Below, piece after piece: positions 1-11,000 of a stretch of 64,000 bases of DNA. The stretch comes from Alphaproteobacteria bacterium (lineage in GTDB: Bacteria > Pseudomonadota > Alphaproteobacteria > SP197), in contig OZ219747.1 of NCBI GenBank assembly GCA_964291265.2, positions 608,001 through 672,000 of the forward strand, written 5' to 3'. Each line of letters begins with the position of its first letter. Position 1 is the first letter of the stretch. The notes under the pieces are model-generated. The model was not told where the DNA came from, ran no database searches, and was given only the letters and a program-made list of their open reading frames with translations. A program made the translations under genes and the position numbers.

Positions 1-1737
1 TACAACACCTCGGCATTCACACTCCGCGACCTGCGTGCCCGTGCGAACAGGCAGCAGCTCGAAGCGGACTTTCGGGCCTGGCTCGACGGTTTCTCCCCCA
101 ACGTGCAGGACATTCTCGACTGCTTCGAGTTCCGCAACCAGATCCCGAAACTCATCCAGGCCGACGCACTCGGTGCATTGATCGAAAAGCTGGCTTCGCC
201 TGACATCAACCTGAGCCCTGCTCCGGTGATGAACGAAAACGGCGCCGTGCGCCATCCGGGCCTCGACAACCATGCCATGGGCACGATCTTCGAGGAGCTG
301 GTGAGGCGTTTCAACGAGGAGAACAACGAAGAGGCGGGCGAGCACTGGACACCTCGGGACGCCGTGCGCCTGATGGCGAAGCTGGTCTTCCTGCCGATCG
401 CCGACGAGATCGAGTCCGGGACCTATCTGCTCTACGATGGCGCCTGCGGCACCGGCGGCATGCTGACAGTCGCCGAAGAGTCACTGCAGGATCTCGCGAG
501 GGACCGCGGCAAGCAGGTTTCCACGCACCTCTTCGGCCAGGAGATCAACGCCGAGACCTACGCCATCTGCAAGGCCGACCTGCTTCTCAAGGGCGAAGGC
601 GAGGCGGCGGACAACATCGTTGGCGGTCCGGCGCATTCCACGCTTGCCAACGACGCCTTCCCGTCCCGCGAATTCGATTTCATGCTGTCGAACCCGCCCT
701 ACGGCAAGAGCTGGAAGACCGACCTTGAACGCATGGGCGGCAAGACCGGCATGCGCGATCGGCGGTTCCTGATCGAGCACGGCGGCGACCCGGAGTATTC
801 TCTGGTGACCCGCTCGAGCGACGGCCAGATGCTGTTCCTCGCCAACAAGCTCTCCAAGATGAAACAGCACACCCGCCTCGGCAGCCGCATCGCCGAGGTG
901 CACAACGGCTCATCGCTGTTCACCGGCGACGCAGGCCAGGGCGAGAGCAACATCCGCCGCTGGATCATCGAGAACGACTGGCTGGAGGCCGTCGTCGCGC
1001 TGCCGCTCAACCTGTTCTACAACACCGGCATCGCCACCTACGTGTGGCTGCTGACCAACCGTAAGCCCGCACATCGGGCGGGCAAGGTGCAGCTGATTGA
1101 CGCCACCTTGTGGCACCAGCCGTTGCGCAAGAATCTAGGCAAGAAGAACTGCGAACTCGGCGAGGACGACATCGGGCGCATCTGTGACACCTTCCTCGCC
1201 TTCGAGGAGACCGAACGGAGCAGGATTTTCGACAACGCCGCTTTCGGCTACCGGAAGGTCACGGTCGAGCGGCCACTCCGCATCGAGGGCGCCGAGAAGC
1301 GGGTCCACAAGGCGGCCGAGATCAAGCGCCTCAAGGACAACGGCCAGCGGAGCGAAGACGCGACGCCGATCATCAAGAGGATCCACAAGCGAGGCACTGA
1401 AGCCGATCCCCTGCACGGACTGTTCCGTGACACGATCGACGGCAAGACCGCCGTGGTCGAGTACGAGCCCGATACGGAGCTGCGGGACACCGAGCAGATT
1501 CCGCTTCAGGAGGAAGGCGGCGTCGATGCGTTCCTGGAACGCGAGGTCCTGCCTTGGGCACCCGATGCCTGGTACCGCCCCGACGCCGTCAGGATCGGTT
1601 ACGAGATCAGCTTCAACCGCTACTTCTACAAGCCGCAGCCCATGCGCTCGCTGGAGGAGATACGGGCCGACATCCTCGCCCTGGAGACGGAGACCGAGGG
1701 CCTGCTCACCTCCATCATCGGCGAAACCGGCTCATGA
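1..1737 (+). CDS. hsdM: Type I restriction-modification methyltransferase subunit (5' partial)
   Basis: Frame open from base 1 (YNTSAFTLRDL...); GEHWTPR, SAM motif YDGACGTGGML, catalytic NPPY, FYNTGIATY; ATGA overlap with hsdS. Confidence 0.96.
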   Translation, partial: YNTSAFTLRDLRARANRQQLEADFRAWLDGFSPNVQDILDCFEFRNQIPKLIQADALGALIEKLASPDINLSPAPVMNENGAVRHPGLDNHAMGTIFEELVRRFNEENNEEAGEHWTPRDAVRLMAKLVFLPIADEIESGTYLLYDGACGTGGMLTVAEESLQDLARDRGKQVSTHLFGQEINAETYAICKADLLLKGEGEAADNIVGGPAHSTLANDAFPSREFDFMLSNPPYGKSWKTDLERMGGKTGMRDRRFLIEHGGDPEYSLVTRSSDGQMLFLANKLSKMKQHTRLGSRIAEVHNGSSLFTGDAGQGESNIRRWIIENDWLEAVVALPLNLFYNTGIATYVWLLTNRKPAHRAGKVQLIDATLWHQPLRKNLGKKNCELGEDDIGRICDTFLAFEETERSRIFDNAAFGYRKVTVERPLRIEGAEKRVHKAAEIKRLKDNGQRSEDATPIIKRIHKRGTEADPLHGLFRDTIDGKTAVVEYEPDTELRDTEQIPLQEEGGVDAFLEREVLPWAPDAWYRPDAVRIGYEISFNRYFYKPQPMRSLEEIRADILALETETEGLLTSIIGETGS

Positions 1738-3164
1738 TCGACGGCATCACGCCTTATCCGAAGACAAAGCCCTCCAACGTCGAATGGCTTGGGGATGTGC
1801 CAGTGCATTGGGAAGTGCGGCGTCTTCGCAACTTGGCAAGAACTTGCTTCAGCAATGTTGACAAGCATTCAAAAGACGGAGAGCAACTCGTCCGACTTTG
1901 CAACTATTCGGATGTCTATTACAAGGAACGCATCCGCAATGATTTGGATTTCATGGTGGCTACTGCGACTGCGGAAGAGATCGGGAAGTATCAGCTTCAC
2001 GCTGGCGATGTGCTCATCACAAAAGACTCCGAATCATGGGACGATATAGGGGTTCCAGCGTTCGTAGAGAGCACGGATCACGACATCGTTTGCGGCTACC
2101 ATCTCGCGCTACTCCGCCCACGTAAAGGGCGCGCATTTGGGAAGTTTTTGTGCCGTGCCTTATCGGGTCGAGGCATCGCCGATCAATTTTTCGTAAGAGC
2201 GAACGGGGTTACTAGATTCGGCTTATCCCAGATCGCGATTCGGTCTGTATGGTTACCGACCCCACCCCTCCCCGAACAAGCCGCCATCGCCTGCTTTCTC
2301 GACCACGTGGACCAACGCATCACCCGCTGCATCAGCGCGAAGGAGAAGCTGATCGCGCTGCTGGAGGAATACAGGCAGACGGTTGTCAGCGAGGCCGTGA
2401 CGGGCCGGTTTGACGTGCGCACCGGCAAGCCCTACCCGGCTTACAGGCCCTCCGGCGTCAAGTGGCTGGGGGATGTGCCGGCGCATTGGGAAGTGCGGCG
2501 GTTGAAATACCTTTCAGACTTGATCATGGGGCAATCTCCGCCGTCCGAAGAATGCAGTGCCGAGCAAATCGGACTGCCGTTCCTTCAGGGCTGCGCCGAG
2601 TTCGGTTCAGAGCATCCACGACCAGTGCAGTACTGCCGATCTCCTGCCAAAGTAAGTCCGGCTGGCGCGATTCTCATATCGGTGCGAGCGCCGGTTGGTC
2701 GTTTGAACGTCGCCAATCAGCCGTACGGTATCGGGAGAGGACTTTGCGCCGTGATCCCGCAGCCTCGGTTTCTTGACTTCCAATGTTGTCGGTACGGCTT
2801 GGGTCTGTCCTCGACGGGCTTGATAATGCAATCAACAGGATCAACATTTGAAGCCGTGAGCATTGGCGATGTAGCGAGCCTACCAATGGCCATGCCACCC
2901 CTCCCCGAACAAACCGCCATTGCCCGCTTTCTTGACGGAAAGATCGAGAAGATCCAGGTAGGTATCGCCCGGGCACAAGGCGAAATCGACCTGCTGCGCG
3001 AGTATCGCACCAGGCTTATTGCCGATGTTGTCACCGGCAAGCTCGATGTGCGCGCGGCAGCGGCCGAACTGCCGGAGAGCGATGCTACCGTTACTGTCGG
3101 GGCGGACGGTGCGATGGATTGTGATGACGTGCCCGCACTCGGCTCTCCAGATCGGGCGGCATAG
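1734..3164 (+). CDS. hsdS: Type I R-M specificity subunit
   Basis: ATG at 1734 overlaps hsdM stop; two WLGDVP.HWEVRRL and two PPLPEQ.AIA.FLD blocks flanking two lower-GC TRDs; C-terminal LI.DVVTGKLDV. Confidence 0.95.
   Translation: MIDGITPYPKTKPSNVEWLGDVPVHWEVRRLRNLARTCFSNVDKHSKDGEQLVRLCNYSDVYYKERIRNDLDFMVATATAEEIGKYQLHAGDVLITKDSESWDDIGVPAFVESTDHDIVCGYHLALLRPRKGRAFGKFLCRALSGRGIADQFFVRANGVTRFGLSQIAIRSVWLPTPPLPEQAAIACFLDHVDQRITRCISAKEKLIALLEEYRQTVVSEAVTGRFDVRTGKPYPAYRPSGVKWLGDVPAHWEVRRLKYLSDLIMGQSPPSEECSAEQIGLPFLQGCAEFGSEHPRPVQYCRSPAKVSPAGAILISVRAPVGRLNVANQPYGIGRGLCAVIPQPRFLDFQCCRYGLGLSSTGLIMQSTGSTFEAVSIGDVASLPMAMPPLPEQTAIARFLDGKIEKIQVGIARAQGEIDLLREYRTRLIADVVTGKLDVRAAAAELPESDATVTVGADGAMDCDDVPALGSPDRAA
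1751..2936 (+). repeat. hsdS conserved direct repeats flanking the two TRDs
   Basis: 1751-1822 resembles 2429-2500; 2262-2303 resembles 2895-2936. Confidence 0.85.
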
Positions 3165-3422
3165 GGTCGCGGGTTGACCGTGCCGCCGCCCGCTTCGCCG
3201 AAGCTCTACCACATCGTCCACGTGGACCGGTTGCTGTCGATCGTTGCCGACGGCGGCCTCCGGTGCGATGCGGCGCTTCAGGAACAGCCACGGCCGGGGA
3301 CGACCATCGGCATGAGCACGATCAAGGAGCGACGTTTGACCGTAACTGCCCAGGTCTGATTTTGCCGAGTCCTGACGGGAGGTGGATTGATGGCTCCGGT
3401 CTGATGACGCCGAGGAGGGATG

Positions 3423-4964
3423 TCAGAAGCGCAGTTTCGGGATCAGCTGTATGGGATCGGGGTGGGCCAGTGTTTCGAGGACATTCCAGCCCTGTTTTCG
3501 GGCGATGGAGATGACGGATCGCAGCTTGGCGAAGTCCCATGCGCCCTGCATGGATCGGAAGCCGCCCGAGATTTTCTGGCGCAGCTTGCTCATGCGGAAG
3601 TCTTGCTCGGCCTGGTTGTTGGAGAACGGGACTTGCGGGTTGGTGAGGAAGCGCAGGCAGCCGTCCTTGTGCTTCTGAAGGCGAAGCGCGAGGTTGTGGC
3701 CGATGCGGCGTTTTCGTCGTCCGCGCTTTCCGGGCTGGAGCGGCGGCCTCTGTTCGTGGGAAGCGATGGCCTGCTCGAGGATCCTGTCCCAGGCTTGCGA
3801 GATGCGGGCGAGGAGTGAAGCGGGGATGTCGCGGTCGTTCTTGCGGGCGAAGCGGGCGGCTCTGTTGGCACGGATGAGGAGCCTGTGCATGGCGGTGGCC
3901 CAGTCTTCCTTCTCGATCTCGATCAGAGCCTGGAGTTCGCGCAGGTGATGGGCGTTGCAGGCACCGTGGCGCACGCCCTCGAGAGTGAAGTAAGTGGCCA
4001 AGTCGTCATGGATGACGATGCCGTTGAGCGTCTCGTCGATGTGTTTGCGGCCGGTGGCGATGCGCAGGATGGTGAGCAAGGGGGTGCACAGCACATGGAG
4101 CCAGTGGGTCTGGCCGTTGATGCGGATGCCGGTCTCGTCGAGGTGTTTGACCGGTGCTTGGGTGCGGATGATCTGCGCGACATGATCGAGGAAGCTCTCG
4201 AAGCGCCGGGCGGTGCGCCTGCCCATGGCGGCGATGGTGGCGGTTGAGATCCTGACGGCGAAGAGGTCGCTCATGACCTCGGCGACGCGCTTCTCGGGAA
4301 TGAACTGGGCGTGCAACAGGTAGGTCACCCAGGCGGTGATGCGCGGCCCGTACTGGACCGGGGCGCTCACGCCGTGCGGGAAGGCGGCTGTTGTCACAGC
4401 GCCGCAGGCGGCGCAGAGACAGCGATGGGCGCGATGTTCGGTGACCTCGAGGGGCTGCGGCTCGGGCATGTCGAAGACCTGCCGACAGACGGGTTCTGCG
4501 TGACGGTCATCATCCGACAGCGGTGCGCCGCAGCCCTTACAGGCAGACGGAGCATGATCGACGACATGGTCCGGGTTCTCGGCCTGCTTCAGGGTGACTC
4601 CCTCGTGGCCGCGCTGACCGCCACTGGGCCTGTCGGACTTGCCGCGCTGGCTCCGGGTGCGCTTCTGTCGGTTTCCGCTCTTCTTCTTCGGACCGTCGCT
4701 GGCCGGTGGCTTGGAGCTGGTGGAGCTGTCGAGCGCGGCGCTGCGCTCGAGTGCGTCAATCCGTTCGCGCAAGCCGGTGTTCTCCCGCTCCAGCGCCTCG
4801 ATCTCCCCGACCAGCGCCTCACTCAGGCGCAACATCCCCTGGCCCCAATCCCGGAGGGCCTTGACGGCAGTCACGGCGAAGGAGTGTGGACTGAACAGGT
4901 CCTGAAGGCCCACGAAGGCCTCGTCATGGGCGGCGATGTCCTCGCGCCAGCGCGAGACGGTCAC
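3423..4964 (-). CDS. IS66-family transposase
   Basis: SSTSSKPPASD, GGQRGHEG, zinc-finger CKGCG/CAACG, HLDETG, CNAHHLREL, NNQAEQDFRMSK; GTG start at 4964 overlaps methylase stop (GTGA). Confidence 0.93.
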   Translation of the reverse strand: MTVSRWREDIAAHDEAFVGLQDLFSPHSFAVTAVKALRDWGQGMLRLSEALVGEIEALERENTGLRERIDALERSAALDSSTSSKPPASDGPKKKSGNRQKRTRSQRGKSDRPSGGQRGHEGVTLKQAENPDHVVDHAPSACKGCGAPLSDDDRHAEPVCRQVFDMPEPQPLEVTEHRAHRCLCAACGAVTTAAFPHGVSAPVQYGPRITAWVTYLLHAQFIPEKRVAEVMSDLFAVRISTATIAAMGRRTARRFESFLDHVAQIIRTQAPVKHLDETGIRINGQTHWLHVLCTPLLTILRIATGRKHIDETLNGIVIHDDLATYFTLEGVRHGACNAHHLRELQALIEIEKEDWATAMHRLLIRANRAARFARKNDRDIPASLLARISQAWDRILEQAIASHEQRPPLQPGKRGRRKRRIGHNLALRLQKHKDGCLRFLTNPQVPFSNNQAEQDFRMSKLRQKISGGFRSMQGAWDFAKLRSVISIARKQGWNVLETLAHPDPIQLIPKLRF

Positions 4965-5630
4965 GAACCCTCCCCGGCCTCGACGGCCATGATCGCCGCC
5001 AGCACGGCCAGACGTTCCCCCGGCGGCATGGCCTCGTAGCGCCGCCCCCAGTTGGCCGCCTTGCGCTTGATGCACTGGCGGGCGGTGAAGTTCCGCCCCG
5101 CGTAGCGCGACCAGTGCACCCGGTCGGGAGCAAAGTTGAACCATACCACCTCGGTCCGCACCTGGGCCTGGGTCGTCACCTGCAGCGCCACCCGGCGCCA
5201 GCCCGCCAGAAGATCGTCATAGAGCGCTTCACGGGTGGCCCGAGACCATCACCTGGCAGGGCAGGCCCTTGAGCAGTTCAAGGAGCGCAACATGGTCCGC
5301 CTCCTCGTACTCGAAGCGGTAGCGCCGCGACGAACGCCGCGTCGCGTGCAGATAGGGCGGATCGCTGTAGACCAGCTCCGGACCCAGAAACGGGAACGAA
5401 GCCAGGAAGGAGTGAGCACAGTCGTGCACCAACTCCACCGGATAAGCGCACTCAAAGGCCTCAAGCGCACGCTCATCACGGTCAATCCCGATCGAGCGCT
5501 CCGACGCAGCCTTGCGCTTCATCAGCGCTCCGCCCCCCAGATGGCTCTCGATATAGACAGAGTGCGGCGGCATCAGCGCAATCAGCGCCTGGCACAAACC
5601 CGGCGTCGCCTTCGATCCGAAGTACCCCAA
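4961..5630 (-). pseudogene. Dam-like (D12 class) DNA adenine methyltransferase, stop/frameshift near 5230
   Basis: YFGSK, YIESHLGGGA, VYSDPPY; ...VMVSGHP* continues in another frame as ALYDDLLAGW...RTEVVWFNF to 4961. Confidence 0.88.
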
Positions 5631-6286
5631 CGGCCGCCCCCCTCATGACAGAGGGCAACTCATAGGCTCACCGGCCTAGTAAGTCAAGACGCGCAGAATC
5701 AACAAAGCGACGACACCAAAACCGCACCCAACGCAACCAACGTCAACACAGACTCAGACCTGGCGGGGTACCTGGGCAGTTACCGTTTGACCAATCCACT
5801 GGAGTGCCATCCCGGGCTCCATGTCGGCGACTGCGTACCGTTCTATTTCCGCCCGCGCTCCGTCATGCTCTTCGTGATCCACAAGGGCAATCATTCCGAA
5901 CTCGCGTATCGAGGTGGCCAGGACCCCATCGTGCATCTGGAGGCCAACCTGCGCGAAACGGTCAACTGGGCTGAACGGACCGACGCCGGTGGGCATTTAC
6001 CCTTTCCAATGCGGGATCCCGGCACTTCGAAGCCAGGTGTGATCTGGCGCAACTCGACGAGATCGACTGGGTTACCGTCGAGGCGCCACATTGGAGCGAC
6101 CGCATTGAGAGCAAGCAGGCGGAGTTCCTTGTCGAGCGGTCTTTCTCCTGGACGCTGGTTCAGCGCGTCGGCGCGCGCACGCCCGTAACCTGCGACCGGG
6201 CGGCGGAGGCACTGCGGGGCGCTGCTCACCGGCCTGATGTCACGGTTCAGCCGAACTGGTACTATTGACGCCGCAAGGAGACAGAG

Positions 6287-7348
6287 ATGATCCGCTTCAA
6301 GATGGACGATATCCTCGTCGAGGATGCCGAGGCGCTGATCAACACCGTCAACTGCGTCGGGGTGATGGGACGCGGGATCGCGCTCCAGTTCAAGAAGGCG
6401 TTTCCCGAGAACTTCCGCGCCTACGCCGAGGCCTGCAGGCGGGGAGAGGTCCACCCCGGCCGCATGTTCGTCTTCGAGACGGGCGGGCTCACCAATCCCC
6501 GCTTCATCGTCAACTTCCCGACCAAACGCCATTGGCGCGCCAACAGCCGGATCGAGGACATCAAGGCCGGTCTGGACGATCTTGCACGAGTGATCCGCGA
6601 GCGCGGAATCCGTTCTATCGCGGTACCGCCTCTCGGCAGCGGTCTCGGCGGGCTGGACTGGCGCGAGGTGCGGCCGCGCATCGAGGCGGCCCTGCGTGAC
6701 TTCAACGATCTGGATACCGTCGTCTTCGAGCCAGGCGGAGCACCGGCGCCGGCGCTGATGGTGCACGGCCGTGAGGCGCCGGCGATGACGCCGGGCCGGG
6801 CCGCACTGGTCGCGCTGATGAACCGCTACCTGAACGTCCTCCTCGATCCCTTCATCACTCTTCTGGAAGTTCACAAGCTGCTCTACTTCATGCAGGTCGC
6901 GGGCGAGCCGCTGAGACTCCGCTACGCCAAGGCCCTCTACGGGCCTTATGCCGAGAATCTGCGCCATGTCCTCAATGCGCTTGAAGGGCACTTCATATCC
7001 GGCTACGGCGACGGTGGCGACCGGCACGACAAGGTGCTGGAGATCCTCCCCGGCGCGGCCGAGGACGCCGCCGAGGTCCTGGACCGCTGCCCCGCGACGC
7101 GGGAGCGTTTCAGGAAGGTCGCCGACCTGATGGACGGGTTCGAATCGGCTTTCGGCCTTGAACTGCTCTCGACGGTGCATTGGGTTCTCGAACACGATGC
7201 GCCCGCGTCGTCGCAGGATGTTGTCGAGGCGATCTACGCCTGGAACGAGCGCAAGAAGAGGTTCTTTCCCCGGCAGATCGAGCTGGCGGTCGGCGTGCTG
7301 ACCGAGAAGGGTTGGACCGCCGGTGTCGGTGCCGCCGCCCAACCATGA
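6287..7348 (+). CDS. darG: DarG macrodomain antitoxin
   Basis: NTVNCVGVMGRGIALQFK, NFPTKRHWR, PPLGSGLGGL macrodomain; C-terminal HKLLYFMQ, GLELLSTVHW. Confidence 0.95.
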   Translation: MIRFKMDDILVEDAEALINTVNCVGVMGRGIALQFKKAFPENFRAYAEACRRGEVHPGRMFVFETGGLTNPRFIVNFPTKRHWRANSRIEDIKAGLDDLARVIRERGIRSIAVPPLGSGLGGLDWREVRPRIEAALRDFNDLDTVVFEPGGAPAPALMVHGREAPAMTPGRAALVALMNRYLNVLLDPFITLLEVHKLLYFMQVAGEPLRLRYAKALYGPYAENLRHVLNALEGHFISGYGDGGDRHDKVLEILPGAAEDAAEVLDRCPATRERFRKVADLMDGFESAFGLELLSTVHWVLEHDAPASSQDVVEAIYAWNERKKRFFPRQIELAVGVLTEKGWTAGVGAAAQP

Positions 7349-7459
7349 ATGCGGCTTCTGCAGGACGGGCTTGGAACGAACGGTTCAGCTGGTGTTCCTT
7401 GTCACGCTGTCCTGGTTCAGACCCAAGGCAGGTCCGCAATCCGGAAGGAGCTGACGAAG

Positions 7460-7687
7460 ATGACAGACTGGAAGACATGCCCGGCCGTGGAGCGGACACC
7501 GGGAAAGGTCAGCGGCGCATGGGTCTTTGCCGGTACGCGAGTCCCATTGTTCGCCCTTTACGAGAACCTCGCCAGCGGCGCCACGGTCGAAGATTTCGTC
7601 CAGTGGTTTCCCGGCGTGGACAAGGAGAAGGTTCGCGCGGTGCTCGAACACGAGGCTCGGGCGTTGAGGACGGCGCTGGCGCATTGA
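7460..7687 (+). CDS. DUF433 family antitoxin
   Basis: PGKVSGAWVFAGTRVP...LASGATVEDF..WFPGV; aaggag RBS. Confidence 0.88.
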   Translation: MTDWKTCPAVERTPGKVSGAWVFAGTRVPLFALYENLASGATVEDFVQWFPGVDKEKVRAVLEHEARALRTALAH

Positions 7688-8011
7688 GACTCCTGTTCGA
7701 CCAGGGAACGCCTGCGCCGCTGCGGCGTCATTTCCCGGCGCATTCCGTGGACACGCTGGCCGAGAAGGGCTGGTCCGACAAGGATAACGGCGGGTTGCTC
7801 GAACTGGCGGAGCCGGAAGGATACGAGATTCTCGTCACGACCGATCGGAGCTTTCGCCACCAGCAAGAACCTGGAGGGCAGGAAGGTCGGCATCGTGGTT
7901 CTGCTTTCGGCCGACTGGTCGTCGATCAGCCGTCATGTGCTGGAGATGGGACAGGCGATCGCGGCCTTGCAGCCCGGCAAGGTTGTCGAGGTGCCCATCC
8001 AGGCAGCATGA
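7684..8011 (+). pseudogene. DUF5615 PIN-like toxin, frameshifted near 7866
   Basis: TTG start overlapping DUF433 stop; RLLFDQGTP..ILVTTDRSFRHQQ then +1 frame NLEGRKVGIVVL..PGKVVEVPIQAA*. Confidence 0.85.
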
Positions 8012-8012
8012 G

Positions 8013-11000
8013 ATGACAACCGACACCAGCGAACGCGGCCTTGAACGGCTGATCTGCACGGCTCTGGCGGGCCATCCCTGCGAGCCGGAGGCGACGGACG
8101 CCCTCGGCGAGGCGGCGGGCGGCGACGGCGGCGCAGGCTGGGCCGGCGGGAGCCCGCACGACTACGACCGCGACCATTGTGTCGATCTGGTCCAGCTCAC
8201 TGCCTTCCTGCGCGCCACGCAGCCCGAGGCGGCCGAAGCCCTGGCCCTCGACGAGGACGGCCCGGCCCGGCGCAGGTTCCTCGCCCGGTTGCAGGGCGAA
8301 ATCGCGAAGCGGGGCACTGTCGATGTGCTCCGGCGCGGACTCCGGCACGACGCCCACGAGTTCGCGCTGTTCCACGGCGCGCCCTCGCCCGGCAACATGC
8401 AGGCGCGGAAGCGGTTCGAGCAGAACCGCTTCACCGTCACCCGCCAGCTTCGCTACAGCCGCAGCGAGACGCAGCGGGCGCTCGACATCGTGCTCTTCGT
8501 CAACGGTCTCCCGATCGTCACCTTCGAACTCAAGAACAGCTTCACCAGGCAGACCGTGGAGCACGCCGTCGAACAGTACCGGAGGGACCGCGATCCGCGC
8601 GAGAAGCTGTTCGCGCTCGGGCGCTGCATGGCGCATTTCGCCGTGGACGAGAGAAGTGTGCGGTTCTTCACCCATCTCGATGGCAAGGCGTCCCGGTTCC
8701 TGCCGTTCGACCGCGGCTGGAACGATGGTGCCGGCAATCCGCCCAATCCGGACGGGATCATGACCGACTACCTGTGGCGCGAGACGCTGACCCGCTCGAG
8801 CCTCGCCGACATCCTCGAGAACTACGCCCATCTCCTGGCGACAAAGGACAGGAAGACCGGGAAGACGCACCGAACACAGATATGGCCCCGTTACCACCAG
8901 CTCGACGTGGTACGCCGACTTCTCGAGGATGTTGCCGGACACGGAGTGGGAAAGCGCTATCTGATCCAGCACTCGGCCGGAAGCGGCAAGAGCAATTCCA
9001 TCGCATGGCTCGCACAACAACTGGTCGGCCTGACGAAGGATGGCGCCGCGCTCTTCGATTCAATCGTCGTGGTGACCGACCGGCGTATCCTGGACAAGCA
9101 GATCCGCGACACCGTCCGGCAGTACGCCCAGGTGGGAGCGACAGTGGGGCATGCCGAGCATTCCGGCGATCTTATCAAGTTCATCGATTCGGGAAAGAAG
9201 ATCATCATCTCCACGGTTCAGAAGTTCCCGTACATCCTTGATGCCATCGGCACGCAGCAAGGCGGCCGGCGCTTCGCCATCATCATCGACGAGGCTCATT
9301 CGAGCCAGGGAGGACAGGCAAGCGCAGCGATGGGACAAGCGCTTGGTTCGACTGACGCGGCGGAGACGGGCGACACCTTCGAGGACCAGATCAACCGGGC
9401 GATGGAATCGCGCAGGCTGCTGTCCAACGCCAGCTACTTTGCCTTCACCGCCACGCCGAAGAACAAGACACTCGAAATGTTCGGCGCGCCGGACCCGCAA
9501 CCGGACGGCGCAGTCAAGCGCCACGCCTTTCACAGCTACACGATGAAGCAGGCCATCCAGGAGGGATTCATCCTCGACGTTCTGACGCACTTCACGCCCG
9601 TGAAGAGCTACTACAAGATCGCCAAGACCATCGAGGATGATCCCCGCTTCGACACGAGGAAGGCGCGCCGGAAACTGCGCCGCTTCGTCGAGGGGCATGA
9701 GCACGCGATTCGCCTCAAGGCCGAGATCATGGTGGACCACTTCCACGACCAGGTCATCACGCCGGTCAAGATTGGCGGCGAAGCCCGGGCCATGGTCGTC
9801 ACCAACGGAATCAGGAATGCAATCCAGTACTATCACGCCTTCAGTGGCTATCTCGAAGAGCGGAAGAGTCCGTGGAGGGCCATCGTGGCGTTCTCCGGCG
9901 AACACGACATCGACGGCGCCAGGGTGAGCGAAGCCTCACTCAATGGCTTCCCTTCGCGCCTGATCACCGAGAAGTTCCAGGAATCCCCCTACCGCTTCCT
10001 GATATGCGCCGACAAGTTCCAGACCGGCTACGATGAACCTCTCCTGCACACGATGTATGTCGACAAGGCCCTTTCCGGGATCAAGGCCGTTCAGACATTG
10101 TCGCGCCTCAACCGGGCGGTCGCGAACAAGCGTGATGTCTTCGTGCTGGATTTCCAGAATGATGCCGACACCGTGCGTGAAGCCTTCTCCGACTATTACC
10201 GTGCAACGATACTGGCTGACGAGACGGATCCCAACAAGCTGCATGACTTGCAGGCGGCGCTTGACGGCGCCCAGGTGTATTCCTCCGATCAGGTTGAACA
10301 CTTCGTGCGCCTTTACCTCGGCAATGCCGAACGCGATCAACTCGACCCCATTCTCGATGCCTCAGTTACGACCTACCTGAGCGACCTCGACGAAGAGGGA
10401 CAAGTCGCTTTCAAGGGACATGCCAAGGCGTTCGTGCGCACGTACAACTTTCTTTCCTGCGTCTTGCCCTGGTCCAACGCCGACTGGGAACAGCGATCGA
10501 TCTTTCTGAATTTTCTGGTTCCAAGGCTTCCCGCGCCTCAGGAGGAAGATCTGTCCAGAGGTATCCTCGACGCCATCGATATGGACAGCTACCGTACGGA
10601 GAAGCAGGCGGTGCAGGCCGTCCTTCTGTCCGACGCGGATGCCGAAATCGGTCCGGCGCCACCCATTGGCGACGGCCACGGACCCGATCCCGAACTTGAC
10701 CGGCTTTCCAACATCATCAACGAGTTCAACGATCTCTTCGGTGACATTGACTGGGAGGACAGAGATCGCGTGGGCCGCCTCATCACCGAGGATATCCCGA
10801 CACGGGTAGCTGAAGACTCGAGTTTTCGGAATGCACTCAGAAACTCCGATCGCCAGAACACGCGCATTCAGCACGACGTGGCCTTGCGGCATGTCATGAC
10901 GTCGATCATCAATGACGATATTCAGCTCTTCCGTCAGTTCCAGGACAACGACGCGTTTCGCCGCTGGGTGACCGACAAGGTCTTCGATGCCACGTCAACC

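Larger units (their letters stand above)
3342..5783 (-). mobile_element. IS66-family element (single-transposase type) with methyltransferase passenger
   Basis: Perfect 14-bp terminal IR gtaactgcccaggt (3342-3355 / 5770-5783); target duplication cgtttgacc at 3333-3341 and 5784-5792; 2442 bp. Confidence 0.95.
3174..6268 (+). pseudogene. darT: DarT (DUF4433) DNA ADP-ribosyltransferase toxin, split by IS66 and frameshifted
   Basis: N-part KLYHIVHVDRL..IKERRLT (3174-3341) rejoins NPLECHPG..VPFYFRPRSVML (from 5793); frameshift near 5980, then RWAFTLSNAG..KQAEFLV..NWYY stop 6268; directly upstream of darG. Confidence 0.93.

Noticed and set aside
5220-5240. Programmed frameshift in the IS66 methylase
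   Set aside because: No slippery heptamer; simple lesion is more parsimonious, though +1 shifting at the stop is not excluded
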